Assembly (NCBI GenBank): GCA_025450105.1
Contig: JANWIA010000034.1
Span: forward strand, 1-34,996
DNA length: 34,996 bases
Reading direction: 5' to 3'
Origin: Candidatus Doudnabacteria bacterium
GTDB taxonomy: Bacteria; Patescibacteriota; Doudnabacteria; UBA920; O2-02-FULL-48-8
Position 1 is the stretch's first letter. Every line of letters begins with the position of its first letter. Under the pieces are notes generated by a model, which was not told the origin of the DNA, did not search any database, and saw nothing but the letters and a program-made list of their open reading frames with translations. Positions 1 through 9,678 of this stretch are shown here, one piece after another. The position numbers were made by a program, and so were the translations under genes.

Positions 1-2194
1 AGATGTCTTCGATTTCGGTGGCATTGATACAGTCAGTACAGTTGAGGTCTGTGGCAGCTCCGGTTAGGGCTCCAACAAATGTGGTAGTAGTTAAGGTTCC
101 ATTAGAAGCATCATAGAGGAGGGCTCCATCTGTCTTTACTGCCATGTTCCCGGTTGCTGCATCAAAGATGGCAATGAAGGATGTGGCATCGGTTCCGTCT
201 ACTACTGTTACTGTGGAAGCTAATGTGGCTAGATCAATGGTGATGTTGTTTGGGACTTGGCCATCTGTTACTGCTCCTTGGAGATCTTGAAGTTCCAGGG
301 CTGCTTCCAATGTGGCTTCTGTTGTGGCATCAATGGCATCAAGACCATTGATGGTTCCTGTTCCTGTCAGATCCAAAGTGTCTGTGTTAACATCGATGGT
401 TCCGAAGTCAAAGTCTGTGACACCGGTTGAGGATGAGACACTCACAGTATTTGATGTATCGTCAAAATTAAAAGTTAAGTCTTCGTCGGTTCCGTTTCCA
501 AGGCCAAGAATCGTAATTGCTCCATCACCGTCAGTTGAAAGATCGACCCCAGCTGAACCGATAGAAATATTATCCGAAATTACAAACTTATTATTGGTAG
601 TGTCATAAGAAAATGTTTGGTCACCGTCGGAATCATCAAATGTCAGTGTTGTTCCTGAAGCTCCGCCGAAACACGCCCCGGTACCACAGTCACCCACCGC
701 GGAAATATCTCCAGTTTCAGTAAAGTTCAAAGTTGTGGTGCTGAAAGAAAATCCACTGCCAACGGTTAACCAATCAATTGAACCAGCTGAATCATCCCAG
801 AATAAAATTCGGTCTGCCCCAGGGTCCACCAATGCCGCCCCGGTACCGCCGTTTACCAAAGGCAAAACTCCAGTGACTTCGGCCGTCGCTAAATCAATGG
901 CATTATCCAAAATCGCAAATTCAGAAGATGAAATTGTCGCACCTCCAACCGTGACATCGTTGCTACCCAAAGCAATGCCAGTCGCAATGTCAGAATCACT
1001 GACATCAATCGCGGTTGTTATTGCACCGCCACCGGCAACGTTGAAGCCGATACCTGCCGTTACCGTTAAATTGGTGTCGAGATTTTCAATCAACAACAAT
1101 TGTGCCGGGACCTCTACTGAAGCACCGTCCGCGCGAGAAATACTGACAGTGTTATCGGCAACAATATCGATATCAAGATTTGAATCAGTAGCGCTATCAG
1201 TCAAGGTTAAATCAATATCCTTAGCATCGCTGCTTGAAATTGAACCGCCGTTGTTATAGGCATCCTGCAAAGTTCCGGCACCGCCACCGACTGTATCCAA
1301 ATCAGAGACAACGCCATTCTGACATTTTTTCAATTTCGCGTCACCAGAGTTTGCCCAGATCAAATAGTCGTTGGCGTTACAAGTTGGGTTCGACGCTTCT
1401 TCGTTAAAAGCAATGTGGTCATTGCCCGATCCGTCGCCAACAGTTATTGAACCGTCTGTTGCAAGATTGCCATTCTCATCAACGGACAATTTGGAACTGG
1501 AGTTGACTTGCAGGTCCAAAAGATTTCCAGTGTAAGTGTTGGCAGTGTTAATCAACAATGCAGTGCCAGAGGTTAAAGCACTACCGCCTTGGATTTGGTT
1601 TGATGTAACTATGTCACCGGCAATGTCGATGTCACCTTGTGCATCGAGCAACAAAATATCATCGCTGCCTGTTCCTGGCGCTGCGCCTTGGACGGTGTTG
1701 GCGTTGATAGCATAACCAGCAGCAGTAATTTGTTGGCGAGGTGAAAGTGTTTCGTACGCCAGTGTAGTTGAATTATAAACTTCAACTTGCAAGTAAACTG
1801 TATCGTTGGTTTGGAAGTCATAAGTCAACGCATCAGGAAAACCACCTACGGTGTCCCCAATGTTAACGTTGAAAACACCATCATCAACGGCGAGAGTAAT
1901 TGAACCTGGGGCGCCTGCTGGCCAAAGTTTTGTTCCGCCTGGTGGAGTCGGGTCATCCCAAATAGAAAACTTGAAATCAAAATTTCCGTCTTGCAGTTCA
2001 CCAGTGTCATCAGTAAGGCGCCCTTGGTAACTGATCATTTCCGGTACACCGGCAACAGCCTGCGCTACGCTTGGTGCGGTTGGAATATTTTGCAGGATCT
2101 GAATATCCGGGAACACATACGGCAAAATAAAGAACGCGATCGCAGTATAGACCGAAAGCTTTCTAAAAATAATTTCTAGTATGTTTCGGTTCAT
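1..2194 (-). CDS. Large secreted/surface protein, N-terminal >=731 aa, continues past the window edge
   Basis: Absent from the ORF track because it is open at position 1. Manual translation from ATG 2194 gives MNRNILEIIFRKLSVYTAIAFFILPYVF...AVAGVPEMISYQGRLTDDTG...FNVNIG...ETLSPRQQITAAGYAINA...TLQDAYNNG...VTGVLPLVNGGTG...DLNCTDCINATEIEDI. Same frame at both ends and no stop in the segments checked. Hydrophobic leader, G/T/D/S-rich body. ATGA overlap with the upstream HTH gene. Confidence 0.9.
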   Translation of the reverse strand, partial: MNRNILEIIFRKLSVYTAIAFFILPYVFPDIQILQNIPTAPSVAQAVAGVPEMISYQGRLTDDTGELQDGNFDFKFSIWDDPTPPGGTKLWPAGAPGSITLAVDDGVFNVNIGDTVGGFPDALTYDFQTNDTVYLQVEVYNSTTLAYETLSPRQQITAAGYAINANTVQGAAPGTGSDDILLLDAQGDIDIAGDIVTSNQIQGGSALTSGTALLINTANTYTGNLLDLQVNSSSKLSVDENGNLATDGSITVGDGSGNDHIAFNEEASNPTCNANDYLIWANSGDAKLKKCQNGVVSDLDTVGGGAGTLQDAYNNGGSISSSDAKDIDLTLTDSATDSNLDIDIVADNTVSISRADGASVEVPAQLLLIENLDTNLTVTAGIGFNVAGGGAITTAIDVSDSDIATGIALGSNDVTVGGATISSSEFAILDNAIDLATAEVTGVLPLVNGGTGAALVDPGADRILFWDDSAGSIDWLTVGSGFSFSTTTLNFTETGDISAVGDCGTGACFGGASGTTLTFDDSDGDQTFSYDTTNNKFVISDNISIGSAGVDLSTDGDGAITILGLGNGTDEDLTFNFDDTSNTVSVSSSTGVTDFDFGTIDVNTDTLDLTGTGTINGLDAIDATTEATLEAALELQDLQGAVTDGQVPNNITIDLATLASTVTVVDGTDATSFIAIFDAATGNMAVKTDGALLYDASNGTLTTTTFVGALTGAATDLNCTDCINATEIEDI

Positions 2195-2376
2195 ATTGGT
2201 CGCGTAATAATTCCCCTAATAGTTTCTTTTTTGTACCGTCGATCTTTGCGTGGGCCAATCCGGACAACAGGAATCAAGCCTTCTCTTTCCCAGTTGCGAA
2301 GGGTGTTTGGGTGCACATTCAGTAAATGTGTCGCCTCACGTATTGTTAATAACTCCGGTAATTCTTCTATCGACAT
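2191..2376 (-). CDS. MerR-like/excisionase-type helix-turn-helix protein
   Basis: LLTIREATHLLNVHPNTLRNWEREGLIP...RRY is the typical HTH_17/MerR-like pattern; 61 aa. Confidence 0.88.
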   Translation of the reverse strand: MSIEELPELLTIREATHLLNVHPNTLRNWEREGLIPVVRIGPRKDRRYKKETIRGIITRPI

Positions 2377-2618
2377 TTTGTTTATGTTTTACAGCACTTT
2401 TGTTTCACACTTTTTGTTTATTGCCCTTTTTTTATTTATCTCGGATCCTCGTTTATCCGAGATTTTTATCCGATTTTGGACGCATTAAATTAGGAAAAGC
2501 TCTAATTGGGGAGCTTTTCAAAAATTTCTCGTTTCAGTTGTAATTTGTTTTAGTTTCTGACCTAACAAAACCTACTATTTATACTTAAAGTATATCAAAA
2601 TTTTGCTCTAAAGTCAAT

Positions 2619-2648
2619 AAAAAAACCCGGCTGTCGTTCATTAGCCGG
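2619..2648 (-). terminator. Intrinsic terminator after clpP
   Basis: CCGGCT/AGCCGG inverted repeat flanked by A-tracts (U-tract on minus). Confidence 0.6.
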
Positions 2649-2677
2649 TAAAAAATAAAATATTTTTTGATTGTTAA

Positions 2678-3295
2678 CTATTGTTCGGTTATAACTTTAT
2701 CAATTAAACCGTACTCCAATGCTTCGTTTGGACTCATGAAAAGATCGCGGTCTGTATCAACATCAATTTTCTTGATTGGTTGCCCCGTGTGCTTGCTTAA
2801 GATCTCATTAATCTGTAATTTGAGTCGTAGCATTTCCTTTGTCTGGATTTCAACGTCAGTTGCTTGGCCTTCAATGCCACCGTAAATTCGAACTTGGTGA
2901 ATTAAGAGTCGGGCATTTGGCAAAGACATTCTTTTTCCTTTTGCACCGGATGCCAAAATGACTGCGGCGGCGGATGCGGCTTGTCCAATACATACTGTCA
3001 CGACATCTGGTTTGATGTATTGCATTGTGTCGTAAATGGCCAAGGCCGCGGTTGCGGATCCGCCTGGAGAATTGATATATAATTTAATTTCTCGTTTTGG
3101 ATCTTCGGCCGCTAGGAACAACAATTGGGCAATTACTAAATTCGCGACATGGTCGTCAATTGGTTCGCCCAAAAAAATTATCCTTTCTTTGAGCAAACGG
3201 GAGTAGATATCAAATGCTCGTTCCCCGTATTGAGATTTTTCAACCACCATTGGAATAAGCGGCATCATGGGTTGAATTAAATTATTTTTAGCCAT
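2678..3295 (-). CDS. clpP: ATP-dependent Clp protease proteolytic subunit
   Basis: [35 protein letters not shown] (catalytic Ser), LIHQ; purine-rich SD upstream. Confidence 0.98.
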   Translation of the reverse strand: MAKNNLIQPMMPLIPMVVEKSQYGERAFDIYSRLLKERIIFLGEPIDDHVANLVIAQLLFLAAEDPKREIKLYINSPGGSATAALAIYDTMQYIKPDVVTVCIGQAASAAAVILASGAKGKRMSLPNARLLIHQVRIYGGIEGQATDVEIQTKEMLRLKLQINEILSKHTGQPIKKIDVDTDRDLFMSPNEALEYGLIDKVITEQ

Positions 3296-3346
3296 ATTTC
3301 CTTCCTCCCTATCCTGACGGTATCAGGATCTGGATCTTGGTTAATA

Positions 3347-4492
3347 TTATTCTGCTTTTGCTTCTGGTTCCTTAACAGCGTCTTCGGTTGGAACTTCAGT
3401 CACTGGAGCTTCTTCTGGTTTTTGTTCTACTGTTTCTTCTTTTCCTTCGCCGGCAATTTTTTCTTCAGCAATATCAATCTTCCATCCGGTTAAACGAGCA
3501 GCCAATCGAACATTTTGTCCGGCCTTACCAATTGCCAGTGACAACTGATCTTCCAAAACACCGACTCTTGCTTCCTTGGCTTCTTCATTCAATTCAACAT
3601 TCAAAATTTTTGCCGGTGACAAAGCATTGGCAATAAATTTCACAGAATCTTCTGACCAGGAAATAATATCGATTTTTTCGCCGTTCAATTCATTCATGAC
3701 TACTTGAACACGGGTACCTCGTTGTCCGACACAAGCTCCAATTGCGTCCACGCCATCTTGCGATGACCAAACGGCAATCTTGGTACGGCTGCCGGCTTCA
3801 CGAGCAATGGCCTTAACTTCCACGATGCCGTTGAAGATTTCAGGCACTTCCAGTTCAAATAATCGGCGGACAACGTCTGGATGCGATCGGGAGAGGGTAA
3901 TTTTTGGGCCCTTTGCGGTTGGTTCAACATGCAAAATCAAAACTTTCACACGACTACCGATACTATATCGTTCGCCTTTAATTTGTTCGGACGGGAACAA
4001 AACGCCCGTTGCCTTACCAATGTCTACCAGGACGGTATCCCCTTCAATTCTCTGGACCATACCGGAAATGAGTTGGCGTTCCTTGGCTTTGTAGTCAGAG
4101 AACATGACTCCGCGTTCCGCTTCACGGATTTTTTGGACAATAACCTGTTTGGCTGTCTGAGCCGCAATGCGCCCGAACGTCGCCCCGCTCTTTGGGGTGA
4201 TATCGGTTTTGATTTCGTCTCCAACCTTGGCACTCTTCTTTAATTTATGTGCTTCGTCCAAAGTAATTTCTTTGACCGGGTCGACAACTTCTTCCACAAC
4301 TTTCTTTACGTCATAAACTTTGGTCGACAAATTTTCCGGAAAAAATTCCACAACAATGTTCTGGTCTTTTTTTCCGTAATCTTTTCTAAAGGCTGCGGCC
4401 AAAGAAACCTCAATCATTTTGAGGATCTCGTCCTTGTTAATGTCTTTTTCTTCTGCGATTTGATTTAAAGCTTGCTCAAATGCTTCATTCAT
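3347..4492 (-). CDS. nusA: Transcription termination/antitermination factor NusA
   Basis: FGRIAAQTAKQVIVQKIREAER, AREAGSRTKIAV, LSLAIGKAGQNVRLAARLTGWKIDI. Confidence 0.98.
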   Translation of the reverse strand: MNEAFEQALNQIAEEKDINKDEILKMIEVSLAAAFRKDYGKKDQNIVVEFFPENLSTKVYDVKKVVEEVVDPVKEITLDEAHKLKKSAKVGDEIKTDITPKSGATFGRIAAQTAKQVIVQKIREAERGVMFSDYKAKERQLISGMVQRIEGDTVLVDIGKATGVLFPSEQIKGERYSIGSRVKVLILHVEPTAKGPKITLSRSHPDVVRRLFELEVPEIFNGIVEVKAIAREAGSRTKIAVWSSQDGVDAIGACVGQRGTRVQVVMNELNGEKIDIISWSEDSVKFIANALSPAKILNVELNEEAKEARVGVLEDQLSLAIGKAGQNVRLAARLTGWKIDIAEEKIAGEGKEETVEQKPEEAPVTEVPTEDAVKEPEAKAE

Positions 4493-4543
4493 GATTTTAA
4501 TAATTTAATTAATGGTTAAAAAAGAAACGAGCTTAATGCTCGT

Positions 4544-4912
4544 TTAATCATCTTCTATAGCGTTCGTAAGTATTGTAACAGAACCGTTGCCGTTGTCAAT
4601 GGCCACTGCTGCAACATCAATCCGGTATTCATAGCCGTCATATTCTTTATGGATCAACATGAAGTACTTGGCCATCTGGATTAATTTTCTTTGTTTAAAT
4701 TCGTCGACCGATTCAAATGGTCCGCCGAATTGTTTGGAGTTACGCATTTTTACTTCCACAAAAACAATTTCCTTCTCTTTTTTGCAAACCAAATCTAATT
4801 CCCCTGCTTGCTTGCCGGTCTTGGGGATATAATTGCGGGCGATAATTTTGTAGCCTTGCTTTTGATATTCAGCAGCGGCCAAATCTTCGCCGATTTTGCC
4901 TGAGTCATTCAT
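4544..4912 (-). CDS. yraN: YraN family (UPF0102) nuclease-like protein
   Basis: GKIGEDLAA, GELDLV, VFVEVK, RIDVAAV. Start moved to ATG 4912 because the longer track start runs through a terminator. Confidence 0.92.
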   Translation of the reverse strand: MNDSGKIGEDLAAAEYQKQGYKIIARNYIPKTGKQAGELDLVCKKEKEIVFVEVKMRNSKQFGGPFESVDEFKQRKLIQMAKYFMLIHKEYDGYEYRIDVAAVAIDNGNGSVTILTNAIEDD

Positions 4913-4918
4913 AGTGAT

Positions 4919-4942
4919 CAAAAACCCCGCTTGTAGCGGGGT
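4919..4942 (-). terminator. Intrinsic terminator
   Basis: ACCCCGCT/AGCGGGGT stem with A-tract on the left. Confidence 0.7.
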
Positions 4943-4948
4943 CATTAT

Positions 4949-5344
4949 TTATCGTCGGGGTTGCGGCATATACTTATTTCTGACCAAACTATCTTCGTAC
5001 TCTCTTTTATCGGTACGATACTTTGTCACCATATATTTGAGGATATAAAATGCCCAAACCAAACCAATTAAAATAATTAATCCAGCCCAAAATCTTTTTG
5101 CAAAGATTGGAGTATTTTCGTAACGGAACGCGCCCCAAATAATGCCACTGGCGCCCAGGGATAAAAACAAGCTTCTCCAGCGCTTTAAAGTTCTAAGGAC
5201 AATAGCGTGCTTAATCAACATTGAAGCAACCCAAAAAATTAATCCGGCCAGGAACATACCCGCAAATAAATACAAAAACTGCCAATCAAATTCATTTAGT
5301 AATGATGCTGGTTGTAAAAACCAAAAATATGATTCTGTATACAT
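4949..5344 (-). CDS. Hypothetical membrane protein (about 3 TM)
   Basis: Three hydrophobic segments; C-terminal KYMP; co-oriented with neighbours. Confidence 0.8.
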   Translation of the reverse strand: MYTESYFWFLQPASLLNEFDWQFLYLFAGMFLAGLIFWVASMLIKHAIVLRTLKRWRSLFLSLGASGIIWGAFRYENTPIFAKRFWAGLIILIGLVWAFYILKYMVTKYRTDKREYEDSLVRNKYMPQPRR

Positions 5345-5378
5345 AATTATTGTATTTGACGCTTCGCTTACGCTCGCG

Positions 5379-5930
5379 TCATTTAGTGAATAGTAATCCG
5401 TAATGATATGAATCTGTGTCTATGTGTTTTTCGAACTTGAACCCGGATTCATGCAATTGTTTCTTGCCGTCCTGTTCGCTGACCCGTTCGTCATGCTTTG
5501 GACCAATCGGACTCGGCTTTTCGTTCCAGTCAACAATCAGTAATTTGCCACCGGTTTTTAAAATGCGGTACGTTTCTACCAGCAAATTTTTTCGATTCTT
5601 AACCTGATGGAACAAATTGCCAAAAACCACAAAATCACAAATACCGGAATCAATTTGTTTTAGCGAATGGGTCTGGTCTAAATCTGTGCGGATGGTGCGG
5701 ATGTTTTTTAGCATTCGCAATCGGGCATCAGCCGTGACATGGGCCAGAGTCGCTTCTTGGATATCAACAACAAAAACTTTGCCGTTCGGGCCTATCATCT
5801 GCCCGCCGACCAAAGCGAAGTATCCGGAACCTGCACCTAAATCAGCCATGGTTTGGCCTTTATGCAAGCCGGCCCGGAACAAAACTTTTTCCGGATCCAA
5901 GAACCTTTGATTGATATTGTAGCCTGTCAT
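5379..5930 (-). CDS. Class I SAM-dependent methyltransferase
   Basis: ADLGAGSGYF motif I, VVDIQ, RILKTGGKLLIVDW. Confidence 0.93.
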   Translation of the reverse strand: MTGYNINQRFLDPEKVLFRAGLHKGQTMADLGAGSGYFALVGGQMIGPNGKVFVVDIQEATLAHVTADARLRMLKNIRTIRTDLDQTHSLKQIDSGICDFVVFGNLFHQVKNRKNLLVETYRILKTGGKLLIVDWNEKPSPIGPKHDERVSEQDGKKQLHESGFKFEKHIDTDSYHYGLLFTK

Positions 5931-5952
5931 ATTTTTGTTTTAATTCGGTGGA

Positions 5953-6768
5953 TTAAAGGTCGACAATTTGATGAAATTGCCTGATCCCCGTCGCTTTTCG
6001 GGTCTTTTCATCCACCTCTATAATAACATAACTTAATTCCGCAAATCGAGCGTCATCGGAAATCTCATAAGGTGCATAGCCTTTATTTACAAACCGTTCC
6101 AGCGAGACTTCTTTTTTCATGCCTAGCACCGAACCCGCAGCCCCACACATACCGACATCGGTAATGTAGGCTGTGCCGCCTGGTAAAACTTTTTGGTCTG
6201 CGGTTGGGACATGAGTATGAGTGCCTACCATGGCGCTGACCTTGCCATCCAAGAAGTGGCCAAAGGCAACCTTCTCGCTAGTGACTTCGGCGTGCAGATC
6301 AATCAAAGATGCTACAACCGAATCATCCATATTTTTTTGCAACCAAGGAGGAAATTGATCAAACGGCGATTCGATTGGATCCTGGAATTGTTTTTCCATA
6401 AAAACCTGGCCAAGAAAATGACCGATCAAAACAATTCCTTTATCCGTTTTAATTTTGATGGCGCCTGAACCAGGGTAAGTATCAGGGATGTTGGACGGTC
6501 GGGCAATAATATCCTTGTACTTCACAAAGGCTGCGTCTGATAATTCCTTTTTGGAGAATCCGTGATTGCCGGAAGTAAATCCCATAACACCGGCGCGGAT
6601 CAATTCCTCCAAAGTTTTGACGGTTACCCCTTTGCCGTGCGCCAGGTTGTCGACATTTGCCAAAATCAAATCCGGCTTCTCAGATTCCAGAAGCTTGGGC
6701 AGGTTATTGCGAACCGCTTTGCGCCCCGGTTCACCGCAGATGTCTCCAAAGAAAATAATTTTAAGCAT
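5953..6768 (-). CDS. ymdB: YmdB-family metallophosphoesterase
   Basis: FFGDICGEPGR, TSGNH, DLHAEVTSEK, GTHTHVPTAD, TDVGMCG; usual position after rny. Confidence 0.95.
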   Translation of the reverse strand: MLKIIFFGDICGEPGRKAVRNNLPKLLESEKPDLILANVDNLAHGKGVTVKTLEELIRAGVMGFTSGNHGFSKKELSDAAFVKYKDIIARPSNIPDTYPGSGAIKIKTDKGIVLIGHFLGQVFMEKQFQDPIESPFDQFPPWLQKNMDDSVVASLIDLHAEVTSEKVAFGHFLDGKVSAMVGTHTHVPTADQKVLPGGTAYITDVGMCGAAGSVLGMKKEVSLERFVNKGYAPYEISDDARFAELSYVIIEVDEKTRKATGIRQFHQIVDL

Positions 6769-6783
6769 AGGTGATTAAATTCT

Positions 6784-6878
6784 AATATCAAATATCGAAA
6801 TCCGAAACAAATGTCTTGAATTTTGAAATTCGAATTTAAATATTGTTTCGAATTTCGTGTTTCGGATTTCGGATTTTA
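6784..6878. repeat. Heptamer-periodic imperfect palindrome
   Basis: Right arm TGTTTCG AATTTCG TGTTTCG GATTTCG GATTTTA; complementary left arm AAATATC GAAATCC GAAACAA. Confidence 0.8.
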
Positions 6879-8393
6879 CCTGGCGTATTCAATAACTCTT
6901 GTTTCTCGAATGACCATGACTCGAATTTCACCAGGATATTTCAAATCCTGTTCAATCTTATTAGCAATTTCACGGGCAAGCTTTGACGCGCCCCAGTCAT
7001 CAATTTTTTCCGGTTTAACAAAGACCCGGATTTCACGACCGGCTTGAATGGCATAAACTTTTTCAATACCTTCAAATCCCATAGCCAGAGTTTCCAAATC
7101 TTCCAAACGCTTTACATATTGTTCATAGGAATCGCGTCGGGCACCAGGACGGCCACCTGAAATATTATCGGCGGCATCAACAATTGCCGCTTCAATCGAT
7201 GTGTATTCGACATCGCCATGATGCGCTTCAATGGCGTTAACAATTTTTTCCGGCAAATTGAATTTCTTGGCAATTTGCTTACCGATTTCAACGTGCGTAC
7301 CTTCCATGTCTTGGTCTAATGCTTTTCCAACGTCATGGAGCAAAGCGCCACGTTTAACAATCGGCACATCGGCCCCGACTTCTTCGGCCATTAAGGCGGC
7401 AAGCTTGGCCATTTCAATGGAATGCTTCAAAACGTTTTGCCCGTAACTAGTACGGAATTTCAAACGACCAATCAATTGCACCAACTTGGCAGGAAATTCC
7501 GTAATGCCTAATTCATAAACCGCAGCTTCTCCGGCTTCCTTAATCATTTCCGCAACTTCTTTCTTGGCTTTCTCTGTGGCTTCTTCAATCTTGGCTGGAT
7601 GAATGCGACCGTCCTGAATCAATTTTTCCAGGGCAATCTTGGCAATGTGTCGGCGGACGGAATTAAAACCGGAAATAACTACAGCGTCTGGTGTGTCATC
7701 AACAATAACTTCCACACCAAGCATCTGTTCAAAAGTTCGAATGTTGCGACCTTCTTTACCGATAATTCGGCCCTTCATTTCTTCGCTTGGCAAAGTCACG
7801 GTTGTGGTTGTAGTTTCAGAAGTAACTTCCGAAGCACAACGTTGAATGGCCAACGAAACAATTTCACGGGCTTTTTTGTCGGCTTCATCGCGGGCATTAG
7901 CTAATAATTTTCGGGTTAATTGAGCCAATTCGTCGCGCATCCCTTTTTCCGCGGACTCCAACAGCACGCGCTTGGCATCTTCGGTGCTCAAGCCGCTGAT
8001 TTTTTGCAATTGATCCAATTGTCGTTGTCGGACTTCCTTTAATTCGTCGTGGGTCTTAACCATTTCGTCGCGCTTCTTGGCTAAATCCTGACGGGTGTTA
8101 TCCATTTCCTTGTTACGACCTTCCAAATCCGCTTCGCGTTTGCTTAAGCGGTCTTCGATCTTCAACAATTGGTTGCGAAATTCCTGTTCGCTCTTCTTGG
8201 CCTGCTCGGTAATTTCCAAAGCCTTGGCTTTGGCTTCGAGCATAATTTCTCGTTCTTTGGATTTGGCATCATCCAAAGCACGCGCAACTTTTGCTTCCAC
8301 CGAATTTACCTGCTGGGCAATTTGGACTTTGCGTACAAAATAACCGACGAGTAATCCAATGACAGCAGCTGCGACTGCTATTCGTATAGACAT
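6876..8393 (-). CDS. rny: Ribonuclease Y
   Basis: N-terminal TM, coiled coil, KH (EMKGRIIGKEGRNIR), HD (LLHDVGK), RPGARR. Confidence 0.98.
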   Translation of the reverse strand: MSIRIAVAAAVIGLLVGYFVRKVQIAQQVNSVEAKVARALDDAKSKEREIMLEAKAKALEITEQAKKSEQEFRNQLLKIEDRLSKREADLEGRNKEMDNTRQDLAKKRDEMVKTHDELKEVRQRQLDQLQKISGLSTEDAKRVLLESAEKGMRDELAQLTRKLLANARDEADKKAREIVSLAIQRCASEVTSETTTTTVTLPSEEMKGRIIGKEGRNIRTFEQMLGVEVIVDDTPDAVVISGFNSVRRHIAKIALEKLIQDGRIHPAKIEEATEKAKKEVAEMIKEAGEAAVYELGITEFPAKLVQLIGRLKFRTSYGQNVLKHSIEMAKLAALMAEEVGADVPIVKRGALLHDVGKALDQDMEGTHVEIGKQIAKKFNLPEKIVNAIEAHHGDVEYTSIEAAIVDAADNISGGRPGARRDSYEQYVKRLEDLETLAMGFEGIEKVYAIQAGREIRVFVKPEKIDDWGASKLAREIANKIEQDLKYPGEIRVMVIRETRVIEYAR

Positions 8394-8712
8394 AATAAAA
8401 TTCCAATCCGGTTGGATCGTCTTAGACTTTGGTTTTATTTCAGATCGTTAAACACACAAAAGCGCCCTATAGTTTATAGCGGCGCATTAGGAACAGAAAA
8501 ATATTTAAACGATAATGAGAAATAATTCATGAAGCAAAGAGACGATACAACCTGTTTTAAGTGTAAATCAGTATATTTCTACTAATTCGGCCATTACTGG
8601 CCACCTTCAATATACCATAAATGCCCTCGGAGTCAAAGATCGCTCAAAGCACCGGACAATTGACTCGATTTTATCGGCTGGTTAGTATAATTGAGTCCTT
8701 AACCAAAAAAAT

Positions 8713-9294
8713 ATGAAACATGAATTGCCAAAACTTGCCTATGGTTACGATGCGCTAGAACCTTACATTGATGCCAAGACCATGGAACTGCATCACAGCA
8801 AGCACCATCAAGCTTACATTGATAAACTCAATACGGTCTTAGAAAAATATCCCGATCTTCAGGGTCGGCCAATCGAAGAACTGCTTTCTGATCTGCAAAA
8901 TTTGAAGGCTGAAGATGCAGACCGTACCATGATCCGCAACCAAGGCGGCGGACACTTGAACCATACGCTATTTTGGAAATATCTCGATCCTGCAAACAAA
9001 ATGGATGAATTGGTTGCCAAGGAAATCAAATCAACTTTCGGCTCAATGGATGATTTCAAAAAAACTTTCACCGAATCGGCCACAAAATTATTTGGATCCG
9101 GCTGGACCTGGCTAATGCGCGATGGAAAAAATTCCAAACTCATTATCCAAAACCTGCCTTTGCAGGACAACCCGGTCATGCTCGGCCATCAAGCAATTCT
9201 AGGTTTGGATCTCTGGGAACATGCTTACTACCTCAAGCATCAAAACCGCCGACCGGAATATATTGAAAACTTCTGGAAAGTGTTTAAATTCTAA
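8713..9294 (+). CDS. sodA: Fe/Mn superoxide dismutase (probably Mn-type)
   Basis: HHSKHH, GGGHLNH, FGSGW, DLWEHAYY. Confidence 0.95.
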   Translation: MKHELPKLAYGYDALEPYIDAKTMELHHSKHHQAYIDKLNTVLEKYPDLQGRPIEELLSDLQNLKAEDADRTMIRNQGGGHLNHTLFWKYLDPANKMDELVAKEIKSTFGSMDDFKKTFTESATKLFGSGWTWLMRDGKNSKLIIQNLPLQDNPVMLGHQAILGLDLWEHAYYLKHQNRRPEYIENFWKVFKF

Positions 9295-9298
9295 AATA

Positions 9299-9327
9299 AA
9301 AAAAGAGCTCCAATCGGAGCTCTTTTT
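9299..9327. terminator. Bidirectional terminator between sodA and rplS
   Basis: AAAAAGAGCTCC-AATC-GGAGCTCTTTTT between convergent genes. Confidence 0.9.
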
Positions 9328-9333
9328 AAAATC

Positions 9334-9678
9334 TTATTTAGTTTCCTTGATTCTTGCTTCTTGGCCAGTGCGGCTGTAATAAAGTTTGGCTTTGCGAACT
9401 GTACCATCCTTGATGACCTCAATCTTTTCGATTGATGGCGAGTGGATCGGGAAGATGCGTTCTACTCCAACGCCCGATGAAACTTTGCGGACTGTGACAG
9501 TGCCATTAATGGCTTTGCCGCCGCGGGTTCCAATAACCACACCTTCGAAAATCTGGACACGTTCCTTTTCTTTGCCGTCTGGCGAAACGTCTTTAATCTT
9601 TTGATAAACGCGGACGGTGTTACCAGCCTTAAGCTTAGGAACATCCTTTAATTGATCTTGTTTAAATGAATTTATCAT
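9334..9678 (-). CDS. rplS: 50S ribosomal protein L19
   Basis: [39 protein letters not shown]. Confidence 0.98.
   Translation of the reverse strand: MINSFKQDQLKDVPKLKAGNTVRVYQKIKDVSPDGKEKERVQIFEGVVIGTRGGKAINGTVTVRKVSSGVGVERIFPIHSPSIEKIEVIKDGTVRKAKLYYSRTGQEARIKETK

Noticed and set aside
312-1259. Plus-strand ORFs of 98 and 174 aa
   Set aside because: Antisense shadows of the large minus-strand gene.
6784-6878. CRISPR array interpretation of the short repeats
   Set aside because: 7-nt units without spacers; no cas genes in the window.
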